Assembly: GCA_964016885.1 (NCBI GenBank)
Contig: OZ024757.1
Location: forward strand, 35,030,001 to 35,094,000
Source: Eledone cirrhosa
Lineage: Eukaryota
Length of the DNA stretch: 64,000 nt
Direction of reading: 5' to 3'
Part shown: positions 23,527 through 38,201 of the stretch, piece after piece
How positions within the stretch are numbered: the stretch's first letter is position 1
Layout: each line of letters opens with the position of its first letter
Program-made: the position numbers and the translations under genes
Notes under the pieces: generated by a model
Database searches by the model: none
The model's input: the letters and a program-made list of their open reading frames with translations, nothing else
What the model was told of the DNA's origin: nothing

Positions 23527-24970
23527 CAGACTTTCATCTCGCGCTCTCTCTCTCTCGTTTCATCTCGCCCTCTCTCTCTTCCTCTCTCTCGTTTCATCTC
23601 GCTCTCTCTCTCTCTCGTTTCATCTCGCGCTCTCTCTTTTCCTCTCTCTCGTTTCATCTCGCTCTCTCTCTCTCTCTCGTTTCATCTTTGTCTTCCTCTC
23701 TCTCGTTCCATTTCTCTCTTCCTCTCTCTCTCGTTCCATCTCTCTCTCGTTTCATCTCGCCCTCTCGTTTCATCTCTATCTCCCTCGTTTCATCTGTCTC
23801 TCTCTCTGTCGTTTCATCTCCCTCTATCTCTCTCTCGCTCTCTCGTTTCATCTCTCCCTCCCTCTCGTTTCATCTCGCTCTCTCACTCCTGTTTCATCTC
23901 GCTCTCTCTCTCCTGTTTCATCTCGCTCTCTACTCTCGTTCCATCTCTCTCTCGTTTCATCTAGCTCACTACTCTCGTTTCATCTCGCTCTCCCTGTCTC
24001 TCATTTCATCTCGATCTCTCTGTCTCGTTTCATCCCGCTCTTTCTGTCTCTTTTCATCTCGCTCTCTCTCTCTCATTTCATCTCGCTCTCTCTCTCTCGT
24101 TTCATCTCTCTCTCACTCTCTCATTTCATCTCGCGCTCTCTCTCTCTTCCTCTCTCTCGTTTCATCTCGCTCTCTCTCTCTCTCTCGTTTCATCACGCGC
24201 TCTCTCTCTTCCTCTCTCTCGTTTCATCTCGATCTCTCTCTCTGTCGTTTCATCTCTGTCTTCCTCTCTCTCGTTCCATCTCTCTCTTCCTCTCTCTCGT
24301 TCCATCTCTCTCTTCCTCTCTCTCGTTTCATCTCTCTCTCTCGTTTCATCTCTATCTCCCTCGTTTCATCTGTCTCTCTCTCTGTCGTTTCATCTCCCTC
24401 TATGTCTCTCTCGCTCTCTCGTTTCATCTCTCTCTCCCTCTCGTTTCATCTCGCACTCTCTCTCCTGTTTCATCTCGCTCTCTCTCTCTCCTGTTTCATC
24501 TCGCTCTCTACTCTCGTTTCCTCTCTCTCGTTTCCTCTCTCTCATTTCCTCTCTCTCTCGTTTCCTCTCTCTCTCGTTTCATGTAGCTCTCACTCTCTCG
24601 TTTCATCTCGCTCTCTCTCTCTCATTTCATCTCGCTCTCTCTCTCTCATTTCATCTCGTTGTCTCTGTCTCGTTTCATCTCGCTCTCTCTGTCTCTCATT
24701 TCATCTCGCTCTCTCTGTCTCGTTTCATCCCGCTCTCTCTGTCTCGTTTCCTCTCGCTCTCTCTCTCTCATTTCATCTCACTCTCTCTCTCTCATTTCAT
24801 CTCGCTCTCTCTCTCTCGTTTCATCTCGCTCTCACTCTCTCATTTCATCTCGCTCTCTCTCTCTCGTTTGATCTCGCTCTCACTCTCTCTTCCTCTCTCT
24901 CTCTTGTTTCAACACTTTAATCCCTCACTTGTTTCATCTCTCTCTAATCCCTCACTTGTTTCATCTCTCT

Positions 24971-25292
24971 CAGAATTATTAGCCACAGGGGCAGAGATGT
25001 CCATAACGTTACATGTCAGAATTATTAGCCACAGGGGCAGAGATGTCCATAACATTACATGTCAGAATTATTAGCCACAGGGGCAGAGATGTCCATAACA
25101 CTACATGACAGATTTATTAGCCACAGGGGCAGAGATGTCCATAACATTACATGACGAATTTATTAGCCACAGGGGCAGAGATGTTCATAACATTACATGA
25201 CAGAATTATTAGCCACAGGGGCAGAGATGGCCATAACATTACATGACAGAATTATTAGCCACAGGGGCAGATATGTCCATAACATTACATGA
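24971..25292 (+). repeat. 46-bp minisatellite array (7 units)
   Basis: 7x46. Confidence 0.95.
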
Positions 25293-25977
25293 CAGACTTT
25301 CATCTCGCGCTCTCTCGTTTCATCTCGCTCTCTCTCTCTTCCTCTCTCTCGTTTCATCTCACTCTCTCTCTTTCTCGTTTCATCTCGCACTCTCTCTCTT
25401 CCTCTCTCTCGTTTTATCTTGCTCTCTCTCTCTCTCGTTTCATCTCTGTCTTCCTCTCTCTCGTTCCATCTCTCTCTTCCTCTCTCTCGTTTCATCTCTC
25501 TCTCTCGTTTCAACTCTATCTCCCTCGTTTCATCTGTCTCTCTCTCTGTCGTTTCATCTCCCTCTATCTCTCTCTCGCTCTCTCGTTTCATCTCTCTCTC
25601 CCTCTCGTTTCATCTCGCTCTCTCTCTCCTGTTTCATCTCGCTCTCTACTCTCGTTTCCTCTCTCTCGTATCCTCTCTCTCGTTTCCTCTCTCTCTCGTT
25701 TCCTCTCTCTCTCGTTTCCTCTCTCTCTCGTTTCCTCTAGCTCTCTCTGTCTCGTTTCATCCCGCTCTCTCTGTCTCGTTTCATCTCGCTCTCTCTCTCT
25801 CATTTCATCTCGCTCTCTCTCTCTCATTTCATCTCGCTCTCTCTCTCTCGTTTCATCTCGCTCTCACTCTCTCATTTCATCTCGCTCTCTCTCTCTCTCG
25901 TTTGATCTCGCTCTCACTCTCTTTTCCTCTCTCTCTCTTGTTTCAACACTCTAATCCCTCACTTGTTTCATCTCTCT

Positions 25978-26343
25978 CAGAATTATTAGCCACAGGGGCA
26001 GAGATGTCCATAACATTACATGTCAGAATTATTAGCCACAGGGGCAGAGATGTCCATAACATTACATGACAGTTTTATTAGCCACAGGGGCAGAGATGTC
26101 CATAACATTACATGACGAATTTATTAGCCACAGGGGCAGAGATGTCCATAACATTACATGACAGAATTATTAGCCACAGGGGCAGAGATGTCCATAACAT
26201 TACATGACATAATTATTAGCCACAGGGGCAGAGATGTCCATAACATTACATGACAGAATTATTAGCCACAGGGGCAGATATGTCCATAACATTACATGAC
26301 AATTATTAGCCCCAAGGGCAGATATGTCCATAACATTACATGA
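25978..26343 (+). repeat. 46-bp minisatellite array (8 units)
   Basis: Counterpart of 157-522. Confidence 0.95.
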
Positions 26344-27481
26344 CAGACTTACATCTCACGCTCTCTCTCTCTCGTTTCATCTCGCGCTCTCTCTCTTCCT
26401 CTCTCTCGTTTCATCTCGCTCTCTCTCTCTCTCTTGTTTCATCTCGCGCTCTCTCTCTTCTTCTCTCTCGTTTCATCTCGCTCTCTCTGTCTCTCGTTTC
26501 AACTTTGTCTTCCTCTCTCTCGTTCCATCTCTCTCTTCCTCTCTCTCTCGTTCCATCTCTCTCTCGTTTCATCTAGCTCTCACTCTCTCGTTTCATCTCG
26601 CTCTCTCTGTCTCGTTCCATCTCGCTCTCTCTCTCTCGTTTCATCTCTATCTCCCACGTTTCATCTGTCTCTCTCTCTGTCATTTCATCTCCCTCTATCT
26701 CTCTCTCGCTCTCCCGTTTCATCTCTACCTCCCTCTCGTTTCATCTCGCTCTCTCACTCCTGTTTCATCTCGCTCTCTCTCTCCTGTTTAATCTCGCTCT
26801 CTACTCTCGTTCCATCTCTCTCTCGTTTCATCTAGCTCTCACTCTCTCGTTTCATCTCGCTCTCTCTGTCTCTCATTTCATCTCGATCTCTCTGTCTCGT
26901 TTCATCCCGCTCTCTCTCTCTCGTTTCATCTCACTCTCACTCTCTCATTTCATCTCGCTCTCTCTCTCTCGTTTCATCTCGCGCTCTCTCTCTTCCTCTC
27001 TCTCGTTTCATCTCGCTCTCTCTCTCTCTCTCGTTTCATCACGCGTTCTCTCTCTTCCTCTCTCTCGTTTCATCTCTCTCTCTCGTTTCATCTCTATCTC
27101 CCTCGTTTCATCTGTCTCTCTCTCTGTCGTTTCATCTCCCTCTATCTCTCTCTCGCTCTCTCGTTTCATCTCTCTCTCCCTCTCGTTTCAACTCGCTCTC
27201 TCTCTCCTGTTTCATCTCGCTCTCTCTCTCTCCTGTTTCATCTCGCTCTCTACTCTCGTTTCCTCTCTCTCGTTTACTCTCTCTCGTTTCCTCTCTCTCT
27301 CGTTTCCTCTCTCTCTCGTTTCATTTAGCTCTCACTCTCTCGTTTTATCTCGCTCTCTCTCTCTCATTTCATCTCGCTCTCTCTCTCTCGTTTCCATAGA
27401 AAAGGTAAAGAAAAGAAGAATGCTCTATGTATTGTACAGAGCTATTTAATTACATAATAAACAACAGAATATAATTATTCC

Positions 27482-28245
27482 ATGCAAATAGACTTAGAAT
27501 GGAAAACATTCAGACAGAGAAGAATGGATAATGAGCGTCGTAAGAGAAATTGGCCAACAATTAATATTAATGGAAATGTAGAAGAATTTCATATTAGTGA
27601 TATGAATGTTTCGTGTGATCACTGTGGAGCTTTGAAATTTAGAAATGAAAATTGTAACTGTTGTAATAAAGGAAAGGTTGTGTTGCCACCATTGCAAATA
27701 TACCCCGAGAGACTGAGAAATCTCTTTGAAAGAGGCCAGGAAGCAGTTGATTTCACAGAAACATCTGCAATTAAAACTACATTTATTTCACTTCATTTGG
27801 TGTTACCACCCGGCAGATGCCCGTATAGCTTTCATATTCAGAGTCAAACATATCACTACACCCCCATCTCTGTAACCTGCAGAAAATACACAACAATATG
27901 GCCAGTTATATATTATTGATGGGAACGAAGGTATGTAGCACAGATTGGAAGTACAACCAAATAATTGTTTCTGGCACAAGGCCAGCAATTACTGGTACTT
28001 TATTCTATCGACCTCATAAGGATGAAAACAAAGTCAACCTTGGAGATATTTGAACCCAGAACGTAAATGGCCATAACCCTATGCTGTAAAGCATGGTGTC
28101 TGGCGCTCTACCGATACTGCCAATCCACTGCCCTAGTACCAACAAATAATGACTGCTCACCACAAAAAATGGCTATGATAAGAGAAGTGTTGCATGAATG
28201 TAATCCATATGTCGAAGTGTACAATACAATGCATGGCATCACAAA

Positions 28246-28248
<3 letters not shown>
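27482..28248 (+). pseudogene. Decayed Helitron Rep/Helicase N-terminal fragment, copy 2
   Basis: Same motifs and lesions as copy 1; GRGPY changed to GRCPY. Confidence 0.85.
27966..28134 (-). mobile_element. tRNA-derived SINE-A, copy 2 (B-box altered)
   Basis: As copy 1 but gagatatttgaaccc instead of gagggatttgaaccc. Confidence 0.85.
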
Positions 28249-28277
<29 letters not shown>

Positions 28278-28807
28278 CTACTAAAGTGTATGTAAAATTT
28301 TAAAATAAATACTTAAATTCAATTTGTATAATTACACATACAATATGTTTTGTTGTAAAACCCTAAATAATGATTTAAGAAATGATGTCAATCTCTTTGT
28401 ACAGAGAAAAACAATTTATATATATGCATTGTGTGCGCGTGTATACTCCATTTAAGACAGTGAAAAACCTAGTACCTCCTTCAAAGAATGCCAAATAGTT
28501 TATGCCTAAGGTGTAACACTAATTAAGTTACCGGTGTAGATATTTCAGTTGAACCCTGCTTCAAACATGCATATTATTATTATATATTTTCAAACACACT
28601 TACATACATTATATTTATACACATAGAAATAATAAGTTAAAACTAAAGTATAATGATATAACAACAGTATATAATAGTTTTCTTCACTTTATTGAGATGC
28701 AATCGTTTTAAAGAAAAAACATGACAGTATAAGAAATATTTAATATGAGAACATAATATTTCAGGTAGGATGGTGGTTTCTCTATGATGGTGGTTTCTCT
28801 TTGAACT

Positions 28808-28979
28808 AATAATTGTTTCTATTTTAGGCACAAGGTCAGTAATTAACCAGTACATTACTGGTACTTTATTTTATCGACCCCGTAAGGATGAAAGGCAAAG
28901 TTGACCTCGGATCGTAAAGGGACGTAACTATGCTGGAAAGCATGCCGTCAGACCCTCTACCGATACTGACAATTCACCA
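28808..28979 (-). mobile_element. SINE-B, copy 2
   Basis: Counterpart of 2981-3152. Confidence 0.8.
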
Positions 28980-29410
28980 TACAGTATAATTATACAAATA
29001 TGCATATAGATAGCAATATATATACACTAATATGTATGTACATATTTACACATATGTACATATATATAGGGAGAGAGAGAGACACATGTATGTATATATA
29101 TATACACATGCGTGTATGCATGTGTGTTTATGTACATTCTTCGGTATATATATCGGTATACACATTGGAGACACAGAGAGAGAGAGTTGAAACGAGAGGT
29201 GAGAGAGAGAGTTGAAACGAGGAGAGAGTTGAAACGAGGAGAGAGTTTAAACAAGAGGGTGAGGGGAGAGAGGAAGAGAGAGAGAGAGAGGAAGAGAGAG
29301 AGAGAGGAAGAGAGAGAGAGAGGGGAAGAGAGAGAGAGGGAGAGAAGGGGATGAAACAAGAGGGTGAGGGATGAAACAACAGAGAGAGGGGAGAGAAAGA
29401 GAGAGGGGAT

Positions 29411-29453
<43 letters not shown>

Positions 29454-30908
29454 ATTGAAACAAGAGAGAGATGAAACAAGTGAGGGATTAGAGAGAGATG
29501 AAACAAGTGAGGGATTAGAGTGTTGAAACAAGAGAGAGAGAGCGAGATGAAATGAGAGAAAGAGAGTGAGATGAAATGAGAGAGTGAGAGCGAGATGAAA
29601 CGAGACAGGGAGAGCGAGATGAAATGAGAGAGTGAGAGCGAGATGAAATGAGAGAGTGAGAGCGAGATGAAACGAGAGAGTGAGAGCGAGATGAAACGAG
29701 AGAGTGAGAGCGAGATGAAACGAGAGAGAGAGAGAACGAGATGAAATGAGAGAGAGAGAGAGCGAGATGAAATGAGACATAGAGAGATGAAACGAGAGAG
29801 AGATGAAACGAGAAAGAGAGGAAACGAGAGAGTGGAAACAAGAGTAGAGAGCGAGATGAAACAGGAGTGAGAGAGCGAGATGAAACAGGAGAGAGAGAGC
29901 GAGATGAAACGAGAGGGAGAGAGAGATGAAACGAGAGAGCGAGAGAGAGATAGAGGGAAATGAAACGACAGAGAGAGAGACAGATGAAACGAGGGATATA
30001 GAGATGAAACGAGAGAGAGAGATGAAACGAGAGAGAGGAAGAGAGAGATAGAACGAGAGAGAGGAAGAGAGAGATGAAACGAGAGAGAGGAAGACAGAGG
30101 TGAAACGAGAGAGAGAGAGAGTGAGATGAAACGAGAGAGAGGAAGAGAGAGAGAGCGCAAGATGAAACGAGAGAGAGAGAGCGAGATGAAACGAGAGAGA
30201 GGAAGAGAGAGAGCGCGAGATGAAACGAGAGAGAGAGAGCGAGATGAAATGAGAGAGTGAGAGTGAGATGAAACGAGAGAGAGAGAGAGAGCGAGATGAA
30301 ATGAGAGAGAGAGAGAGCGAGATGAAATGAGAGAGAGAGAGCGAGATGAAACGAGACAGAGAGAGCGGGATGAAACGAGACAGAGAGATCGAGATGAAAT
30401 GAGAGAGAGAGGACAAGATGAAATGAGAGAGAGAGAGCGAGATGAAACGAGAGAGTGAGATCGAGATGGAACGAGTCAGAGAGAGCGAGATGAAACGAGA
30501 GAGTGAGAGCTAGATGAAACGAGAGAGAGGAAACGAGAGAGAGAGGAAACGAGAGAGAGGAAACGAGAGAGAGGAAACGAGAGTAGAGAGCAAGATGAAA
30601 CAGGAGAGAGAGAGAGCGAGATGAAACCGGAGAGAGAGAGCGAGATGAAACGAGAGGGAGGGAGAGATGAAACGAGAGAGCGAGAGAGAGATAGAGGGAG
30701 ATGTGAACGAGAGAGTGACAGCTAGATGAAACGAGAGAGAGAGGAATAGAGAGATGGAACGAGAGAGAGGAAGACAGATATGAAACGAGAGAGAGAGAGA
30801 GCGAGATGAAACGAGAGAGAGGAAGAGAGAGAGCGCGAGATGAAATGAGAGAGAGAGAGCGAGATGAAACGAGAGAGAGGAAGAGAGAGAGCGCGAGATG
30901 AAAGTCTG

Positions 30909-31274
30909 TCATGTAATGTTATGGACATATCTGCCCTTGGGGCTAATAATTGTCATGTAATGTTATGGATATCTCTGCCCCTGTGGCTAATAATTCTGTC
31001 ATGTAATGTTATGGACATCTCTGCCCCTGTGGCTAATAATTCTGTCATGTAATGTTATGGACATCTCTGCCCCTGTGGCTAATAATTCTGTCATGTAATG
31101 TTATGGACATCTCTGCCCCTGTGGCTAATAAATCTGACATGTAATGTTATGGACATCTGTGCCCCTGTGGCTAATAAATCTGTCATGTAATGTTATGGAC
31201 ATCTCTGCCCCTGTGGCTAATAATTCTGACATGTAATGTTATAGACATCTCTGCCCCTGTGGCTATTAATTCTG
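30909..31274 (-). repeat. 46-bp minisatellite array (8 units)
   Basis: Counterpart of 5070-5435. Confidence 0.95.
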
Positions 31275-33379
31275 AGAGAGATGAAACAAGTGAGGGATTA
31301 GAGAGAGATGAAACAAGTGAGGGATTAGAGTGTTGAAACAAGAGAGAGGAAGAGAGAGTGAGAGCGAGATCAAACGAGAGAGAGAGAGCGAGATGAAATG
31401 AGAGAGAGAGAGCGAGATGAAACAAGACAGAGAGAACGGGATGAAACGAGACAGAGAGAGCGAGAGCGAGATGAAACGAGACAGAGAGAGCGAGATGAAA
31501 CGAGAGAGAGAGAGCGAGATGAAATGAGAGAGAGAGAGCGAGATGAAATGAGAGAGAGAGAGCGAGATGAAACGAGACAGAGAGAGCGGGATGAAACGAG
31601 ACAGAGAGAGTGAGAGCGAGATGAAACGAGACAGAGAGAGCGAGATGAAACGAGAGAGAGAGAGCGGGATGAAATGAGAGAGAGAGAGCGAGATGAAATG
31701 AGAGAGAGAGAGCGAGATGAAACGAGAGAGTGAGAGCGAGATGGAACGAGACAGACAGAGCGAGATGAAACGAGACAGAGAGAGCGAGATGAAACGAGAC
31801 AGAGAGAGCGAGAGCGAGATGAAACGAGACAGAGAGAGCGAGATGAAACGAGAGAGAGAGAGCGAGATGAAATGAGAGAGTGAGAGCGAGATGAAACGAG
31901 AGAGAGAGAGAGAGAGCGAGATGAAATGAGAGAGAGAGAGCGAGATGAAATGAGAGAGAGAGAGCGAGATGAAACGAGACAGAGAGAGCGGGATGAAACG
32001 AGACAGAGAGAGCGAGAGCGAGATGAAATGCGACAGAGAGAGTGAGATGAAACGAGAGAGAGAGAGTGAGATGAAATGAGAGAGAGAGAGAGCGAGATGA
32101 AACGAGAGAGTGAGAGCGAGATGAAACGAGAGAGAGAGGAAATGAGAGAGACGAAACGAGAGAGAGGAAACGAGAGTAGAGAGCGAGATGAAACAGGAGA
32201 GAGAGAGCGAGATGAAACAGGAGAGAGAGAGCGAGATGAAACGAGAGGGAGAGAGAGATGAAACGAGAGAGCGAGAGAGAGATCGAGGGAGATGAAACGA
32301 CAGAGAGAGAGACAGATGAAACGAGGGAGATAGAGATGAAACGAGAGAGAGAGATGAAACGAGAGAGAGGAAGAGAGAGATGGAACGAGAGAGAGGAAGT
32401 CAGAGATGAAACGAGAGAGAGAGAGAGCAAGATGAAACGAGAGAGAGATGAAACGAGAGAGAGGAAGAGAGAGATGGAACGAGAGAGAGGAAGAGAGAGA
32501 TGGAACGAGAGAGAGGAAGCCAGAGATGAAACGAGAGAGAGAGAGAGAGAGATGAAACGAGAGAGAGGAAGAGAGAGAGAGCGCAAGATGAAACGAGAGA
32601 GAGAGAGCGAGATGAAACGAGAGAGAGGAAGAGAGAGAGCGCGAGATGAAACGAGAGAGAGGAAGAGAGAGAGCGCGAGATGAAACGAGAGAGAGAGAGC
32701 GAGATGAAATGAGAGAGTGAGAGTGAGATGAAACAAGAGAGAGAGAGAGAGCGAGATGAAATGAGAGAGAGAGAGCGAGATGAAATGAGAGAGAGAGAGC
32801 GAGATGAAACGAGACAGAGAGAGCGGGATGAAACGAGACAGAGAGATCGAGATGAAATGAGAGAGAGAGAGCAAGATGAAATGAGAGAGAGAGAGCGAGA
32901 TGAAACGAGAGAGTGAGATCGAGATGGAACGAGTCAGAGAGAGCGAGATGAAACGAGAGAGTGAGAGCTAGATGAAACGAGAGAGAGGAAACGAGAGAGA
33001 GAGGAAACGAGAGAGAGGAAACGAGAGAGAGGAAACGAGAGAGAGGAAACGAGAGTAGAGAGCAAGATGAAACAGGAGAGAGAGAGAGCGAGATGAAACC
33101 GGAGAGAGAGAGCGAGATGAAACGAGAGGGAGGGAGAGATGAAACGAGAGAGCGAGAGAGAGATAGAGGGAGATGAAACGAGAGAGTGACAGCTAGATGA
33201 AACGAGAGAGAGAGGAATAGAGAGATGGAACGAGAGAGAGGAAGACAGATATGAAACGAGAGAGAGAGAGAGCGAGATGAAACGAGAGAGAGGAAGAGAG
33301 AGAGCGCGAGATGAAATGAGAGAGAGAGAGCGAGATGAAACGAGAGAGAGGAAGAGAGAGAGCGCGAGATGAAAGTCTG

Positions 33380-33743
33380 TCATGTAATGTTATGGACATA
33401 TCTGCCCTTGGGGCTAATAGTTGTCATTTAATGTTATGGACATATCTGCCCTTGGGGCTAATAATTGTCATGTAATGTTATGGATATCTCTGCCCCTGTG
33501 GCTAATAATTCTGTCATGTAATGTTATGGACATCTCTGCCCCTGTGGCTAATAATTCTGTCATGTAATGTTATGGACATCTCTGCCCCTGTGGCTAATAA
33601 TTCTGTCATGTAATGTTATGGACATCTCTGCCCCTGTGGCTAATAAATCTGACATGTAATGTTATGGACATCTGTGCCCCTGTGGCTAATAAATCTGTCA
33701 TGTAATGTTATGGACATCTCTGCCCCTGTGGCTAATAATTCTG
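33380..33743 (-). repeat. 46-bp minisatellite array (8 units)
   Basis: Counterpart of 8953-9316. Confidence 0.95.
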
Positions 33744-35722
33744 AGAGAGATGAAACAAGTGAGGGATTAGAGAGAGATGAAACAAGTGAGGGATTAGAGT
33801 GTTGAAACAAGAGAGAGGAAGAGAGAGTGAGAGCGAGATCAAACGAGAGAGAGAGAGCGAGATGAAATGAGAGAGAGAGAGCGAGATGAAACAAGACAGA
33901 GAGAACGGGATGAAACGAGACAGAGAGAGCGAGAGCGAGATGAAACGAGACAGAGAGAGCGAGATGAAACGAGAGAGAGAGAGCGAGATGAAATGAGAGA
34001 GAGAGAGCGAGATGAAATGAGAGAGAGAGAGCGAGATGAAACGAGAGAGTGAGAGCGAGATGGAACGAGAGAGAGAGAGAGAGCGAGATGAAATGAGAGA
34101 GAGAGAGCGAGATGAAATGAGAGAGAGAGAGCGAGATGAAACGAGACAGAGAGAGCGGGATGAAACGAGACAGAGAGAGCGAGAGCGAGATGAAACGAGA
34201 CAGAGAGAGCGAGATGAAACGAGAGAGAGAGAGCGGGATGAAATGAGAGAGAGAGAGCGAGATGAAATGAGAGAGAGAGAGCGAGATGAAACGAGAGAGT
34301 GAGAGCGAGATGGAACGAGACAGAGAGAGCGAGATGAAACGAGAGTGGGAGAGCTAGATGAAACGAGAGAGAGAGGAAACGAGAGAGAGAGGAAACGAGA
34401 GAGACGAAACGAGAGAGAGGAAACGAGAGTAGAGAGCGAGATGAAAGAGGAGAGAGAGAGCGAGATGAAACAGGAGAGAGATAGCGAGATGAAACGAGAG
34501 GGAGAGAGAGATGAAACGAGAGAGCGAGAGAGAGATAGAGGGAGATGAAACGACAGAGAGAGAGACAGATGAAACGAGGGAGATAGAGATGAAACGAGAG
34601 AGAGGAAGAGAGAGATGGAACGAGAGAGATGGAACGAGAGAGAGGAAGACAGAGATGAAACGAGAGAGAGAGAGAGAGCAAGATAAAACGAGAGAGAGAG
34701 ATTAAACGAGAGAGAGGAAGAGAGAGATGGAACGAGAGAGAGGAAGAGAGAGATGGAACGAGAGAGAGGAAGACAGAGAGCGCAAGATGAAACGAGAGAG
34801 AGAGAGAGAGAGCGAGATGAAACGAGAGAGAGGAAGAGAGAGAGCGCGAGATGAAACGAGAGAGAGGAAGTGAGAGAGCGCGAGATGAAACGAGAGAGAG
34901 AGAGCGAGATGAAATGAGAGAGTGAGAGTGAGATGAAACGAGAGAGAGAGAGAGAGAGCGTGATGAAATGAGAGAGAGAGAGCGAGATGAAATGAGAGAA
35001 AGAGAGTGAGATGAAATGAGAGAGTGAGAGCGAGATGAAACGAGACAGGGAGAGCGAGATGAAATGAGAGAGTGAGAGCGAGATGAAACGAGAGAGTGAG
35101 AGCGAGATGAAACGAGAGAGAGAGAGAGCGAGATGACACGAGACAGAGAGAGCGAGATGAAATGAGAGAGAGAGAGAGAGAGAGAGAGCGAGATGAAACG
35201 AGAGAGAGAGTGCGAAATGAAACGAGAGTGAGAGAGCGAGATGAAACGAGAGAGTGAGAGCGAGATGAAATGAGAGAGAGAGAGAACGAGATGAAATGAG
35301 AGAGAGAGAGAGCGAGATGAAATGAGACATAGAGAGATGAAACGAGAGAGAGATGAAACGAGAAAGAGAGGAAACGAGAGAGTGGAAACAAGAGTAGAGA
35401 GCGAGATGAAACAGGAGTGAGAGAGCGAGATGAAACAGGAGAGAGAGAGCGCGATGAAACGAGAGGGAGCGAGAGAGAGATAGAGGGAAATGAAACGACA
35501 GAGAGAGAGACAGATGAAACGAGGGATATAGAGATGAAACGAGAGAGAGATATGAAACGAGAGAGAGGAAGAGAGAGATAGAACGAGAGAGAGGAAGAGA
35601 GAGATGAAACGAGAGAAAGGAAGACAGAGGTGAAACGAGAGAGAGAGAGAGCGAGATGAAACGAGAGAGAGAGCGAGATGAAACGAGAGAGAGGAAGAGA
35701 GAGAGCGCGAGATGAAACTCTG

Positions 35723-36171
35723 TCATGGACATCTCTGCCCATGTGGCTAATAATTCTGTCATGTAATGTTATGGACAACTCTGCCCCTGTGGCTATTAAT
35801 TCTGTCATGTAATGTTATGGACATCTCTACCCCTGTGGCTAATAATTCTGACATGTAATGTTATGGAATCTCTGCCCCTGTGGCTAATAAATCTGTCATG
35901 TAATGTTACGGACATCTCTGCCCCTGTGGCTAATAAATCTGTCATGTAATGTTATGGACATCTCTGCCCCTGTGGCTAATAATTCTGACATGTAATGTTA
36001 TGGACATCTCTGTCCCTGTGGCTAATAATTCTGACATGTAATGTTATGGACATCTCTGCCCCTGTGGCTAATAATTCTGACATGTAATGTTATGGACATC
36101 TGTGCCCCTGTGGCTAATAATTCTGACATGTAATGTTATGGACATCTCTGCCCCTGTGGCTAATAATTCTG
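35723..36171 (-). repeat. 46-bp minisatellite array (~10 units)
   Basis: Counterpart of 11308-11756. Confidence 0.95.
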
Positions 36172-37890
36172 AGAGAGATGAAACAAGTGAGGGATTAGAG
36201 AGAGATGAAACAAGTGAGGGATTAGAGTGTTGAAACAAGAGAGAGGAAGAGAGAGTGAGAGCGAGATCAAACGAGAGAGAGAGAGCGAGATGAAATGAGA
36301 GAGAGAGAGCGAGATGAAACAAGACAGAGAGAGCGGGATGAAACGAGACAGAGAGAGCGGGAGCGAGATGAAACGAGACAGAGAGAGCGAGATGAAACGA
36401 GAGAGAGAGAGCGAGATGAAATGAGAGAGAGAGAGCGAGATGAAATGAGAGAGAGAGAGCGAGATGAAACGAGAGAGTGAGAGCGAGATGGAACGAGAGA
36501 GAGCGAGAGAGAGCGAGATGAAATGAGAGAGAGAGCGAGATGAAACGAGAGAGTGAGAGCGAGATGGAACGAGAGAGAGCGAGATGAAATGAGAGAGAGA
36601 GAGCGAGATGAAATGAGAGAGAGAGAGAGAGATGAAACGAGACAGAGAGAGCGGGATAAAACGAGACAGAGAGAGCGAGAGCGAGATGAAACGAGACAGA
36701 GAGAGCGAGATGAAACGAGAGAGAGAGAGCGGGATGAAACGAGAGAGTGAGAGCGAGATGGAACGAGACAGAGAGAGCGAGATGAAACGAGAGTGGGAGA
36801 GCTAGATGAAACGAGAGAGAGAGGAAACGAGAGAGAGAGGAAACGAGAGAGACGAAACGAGAGAGAGGAAACGAGAGTAGAGAGCGAGATGAAACAGGAG
36901 AGAGAGAACGAGATGAAACAGGAGAGAGATAGCGAGATGAAACGAGAGGGAGAGAGAGATGAAACGAGAGAGCGAGAGAGAGATAGAGGGAGATGAAACG
37001 ACAGAGAGAGAGACAGATGAAACGAGGGAGATAGAGATGAAACGAGAGAGAGGAAGAGAGAGATGGAACGAGAGAGAGGAAGAGAGAGATGGAACGAGAG
37101 AGAGGAAGACAGAGATGAAACGAGAGAGAGACAGAGCAAGATGAAACGAGAGAGAGAGATTAAACGAGAGAGAGGAAGAGAGAGATGGAACGAGAGAGAG
37201 GAAGAGAGAGATGGAACGAGAGAGAGGAAGACAGAGATGAAACGAGAGAGAGAGAGATCGAGATGAAACGAGAGAGAGGAAGAGAGAGAGCGCAAGATGA
37301 AACGAGAGAGAGAGAGAGCGAGATGAAACGAGAGAGAGGAAGAGAGAGAGCGCGAGATGAAACGAGAGAGAGTAAGAGAGAGAGCGCGAGATGAAACGAG
37401 AGAGTGAGAGCGAGATGAAATGAGAGAGAGAGAGAACGAGATGAAATGAGAGAGAGAGAGAGCGAGATGAAATGAGACATAGAGAGATGAAACGAGAGAG
37501 AGATGAAACGAGAAAGAGAGGAAACGAGAGAGTGGAAACAAGAGTAGAGAGCGAGATGAAACAGGAGTGAGAGAGCGAGATGAAACAGGAGAGAGAGAGC
37601 GAGATGAAACGAGAGGGAGCGAGAGATGAAACGAGAGAGCGAGAGAGACATAGAGGGAAATGAAACGACAGAGAGAGAGACAGATGAAACGAGGGATATA
37701 GAGATGAAACGAGAGAGAGATATGAAACGAGAGAGAGGAAGAAAGAGATAGAACGAGAGAGAGGAAGAGAGAGATGAAACGAGAGATAGGAAGACAGAGG
37801 TGAAACGAGAGAGAGAGAGCGAGATGAAACGAGAGAGAGAGCGAGATGAAACGAGAGAGAGGAAGAGAGAGAGTGCGAGATGAAACTCTG

Positions 37891-38201
37891 TCATGGACAT
37901 CTCTGCCCCTGTGGCTAATAATTCTGTCATGTAATGTTATGGACAACTCTGCCCCTGTGGCTAATAATTCTGTCATGTAATGTTATGGACATCTCTGCCC
38001 CTGTGGCTAATAATTCTGACAGGTAATGTTATGGAATCTCTGCCCCTGTGGCTAATAAATCTGTCATGTAATGTTACGGACATCTCTGCCCCTGTGGCTA
38101 ATAAATCTGTCATGTAATGTTATGGACATCTCTGTCCCTGTGGCTAATAATTCTGACATGTAATGTTATGGACATCTCTGCCCCTGTGGCTAATAATTCT
38201 G
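37891..38201 (-). repeat. 46-bp minisatellite array (~7 units)
   Basis: Counterpart of 13458-13768. Confidence 0.95.

Larger units (their letters stand above)
18628..27393 (+). repeat. CT-oriented satellite arm 1
   Basis: CT blocks alternating with + strand 46-mer arrays; near-identical to 40386-49123. Confidence 0.95.
27394..29167. repeat. AT-rich non-satellite block, copy 2
   Basis: Offset 25823 from copy 1. Confidence 0.95.
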
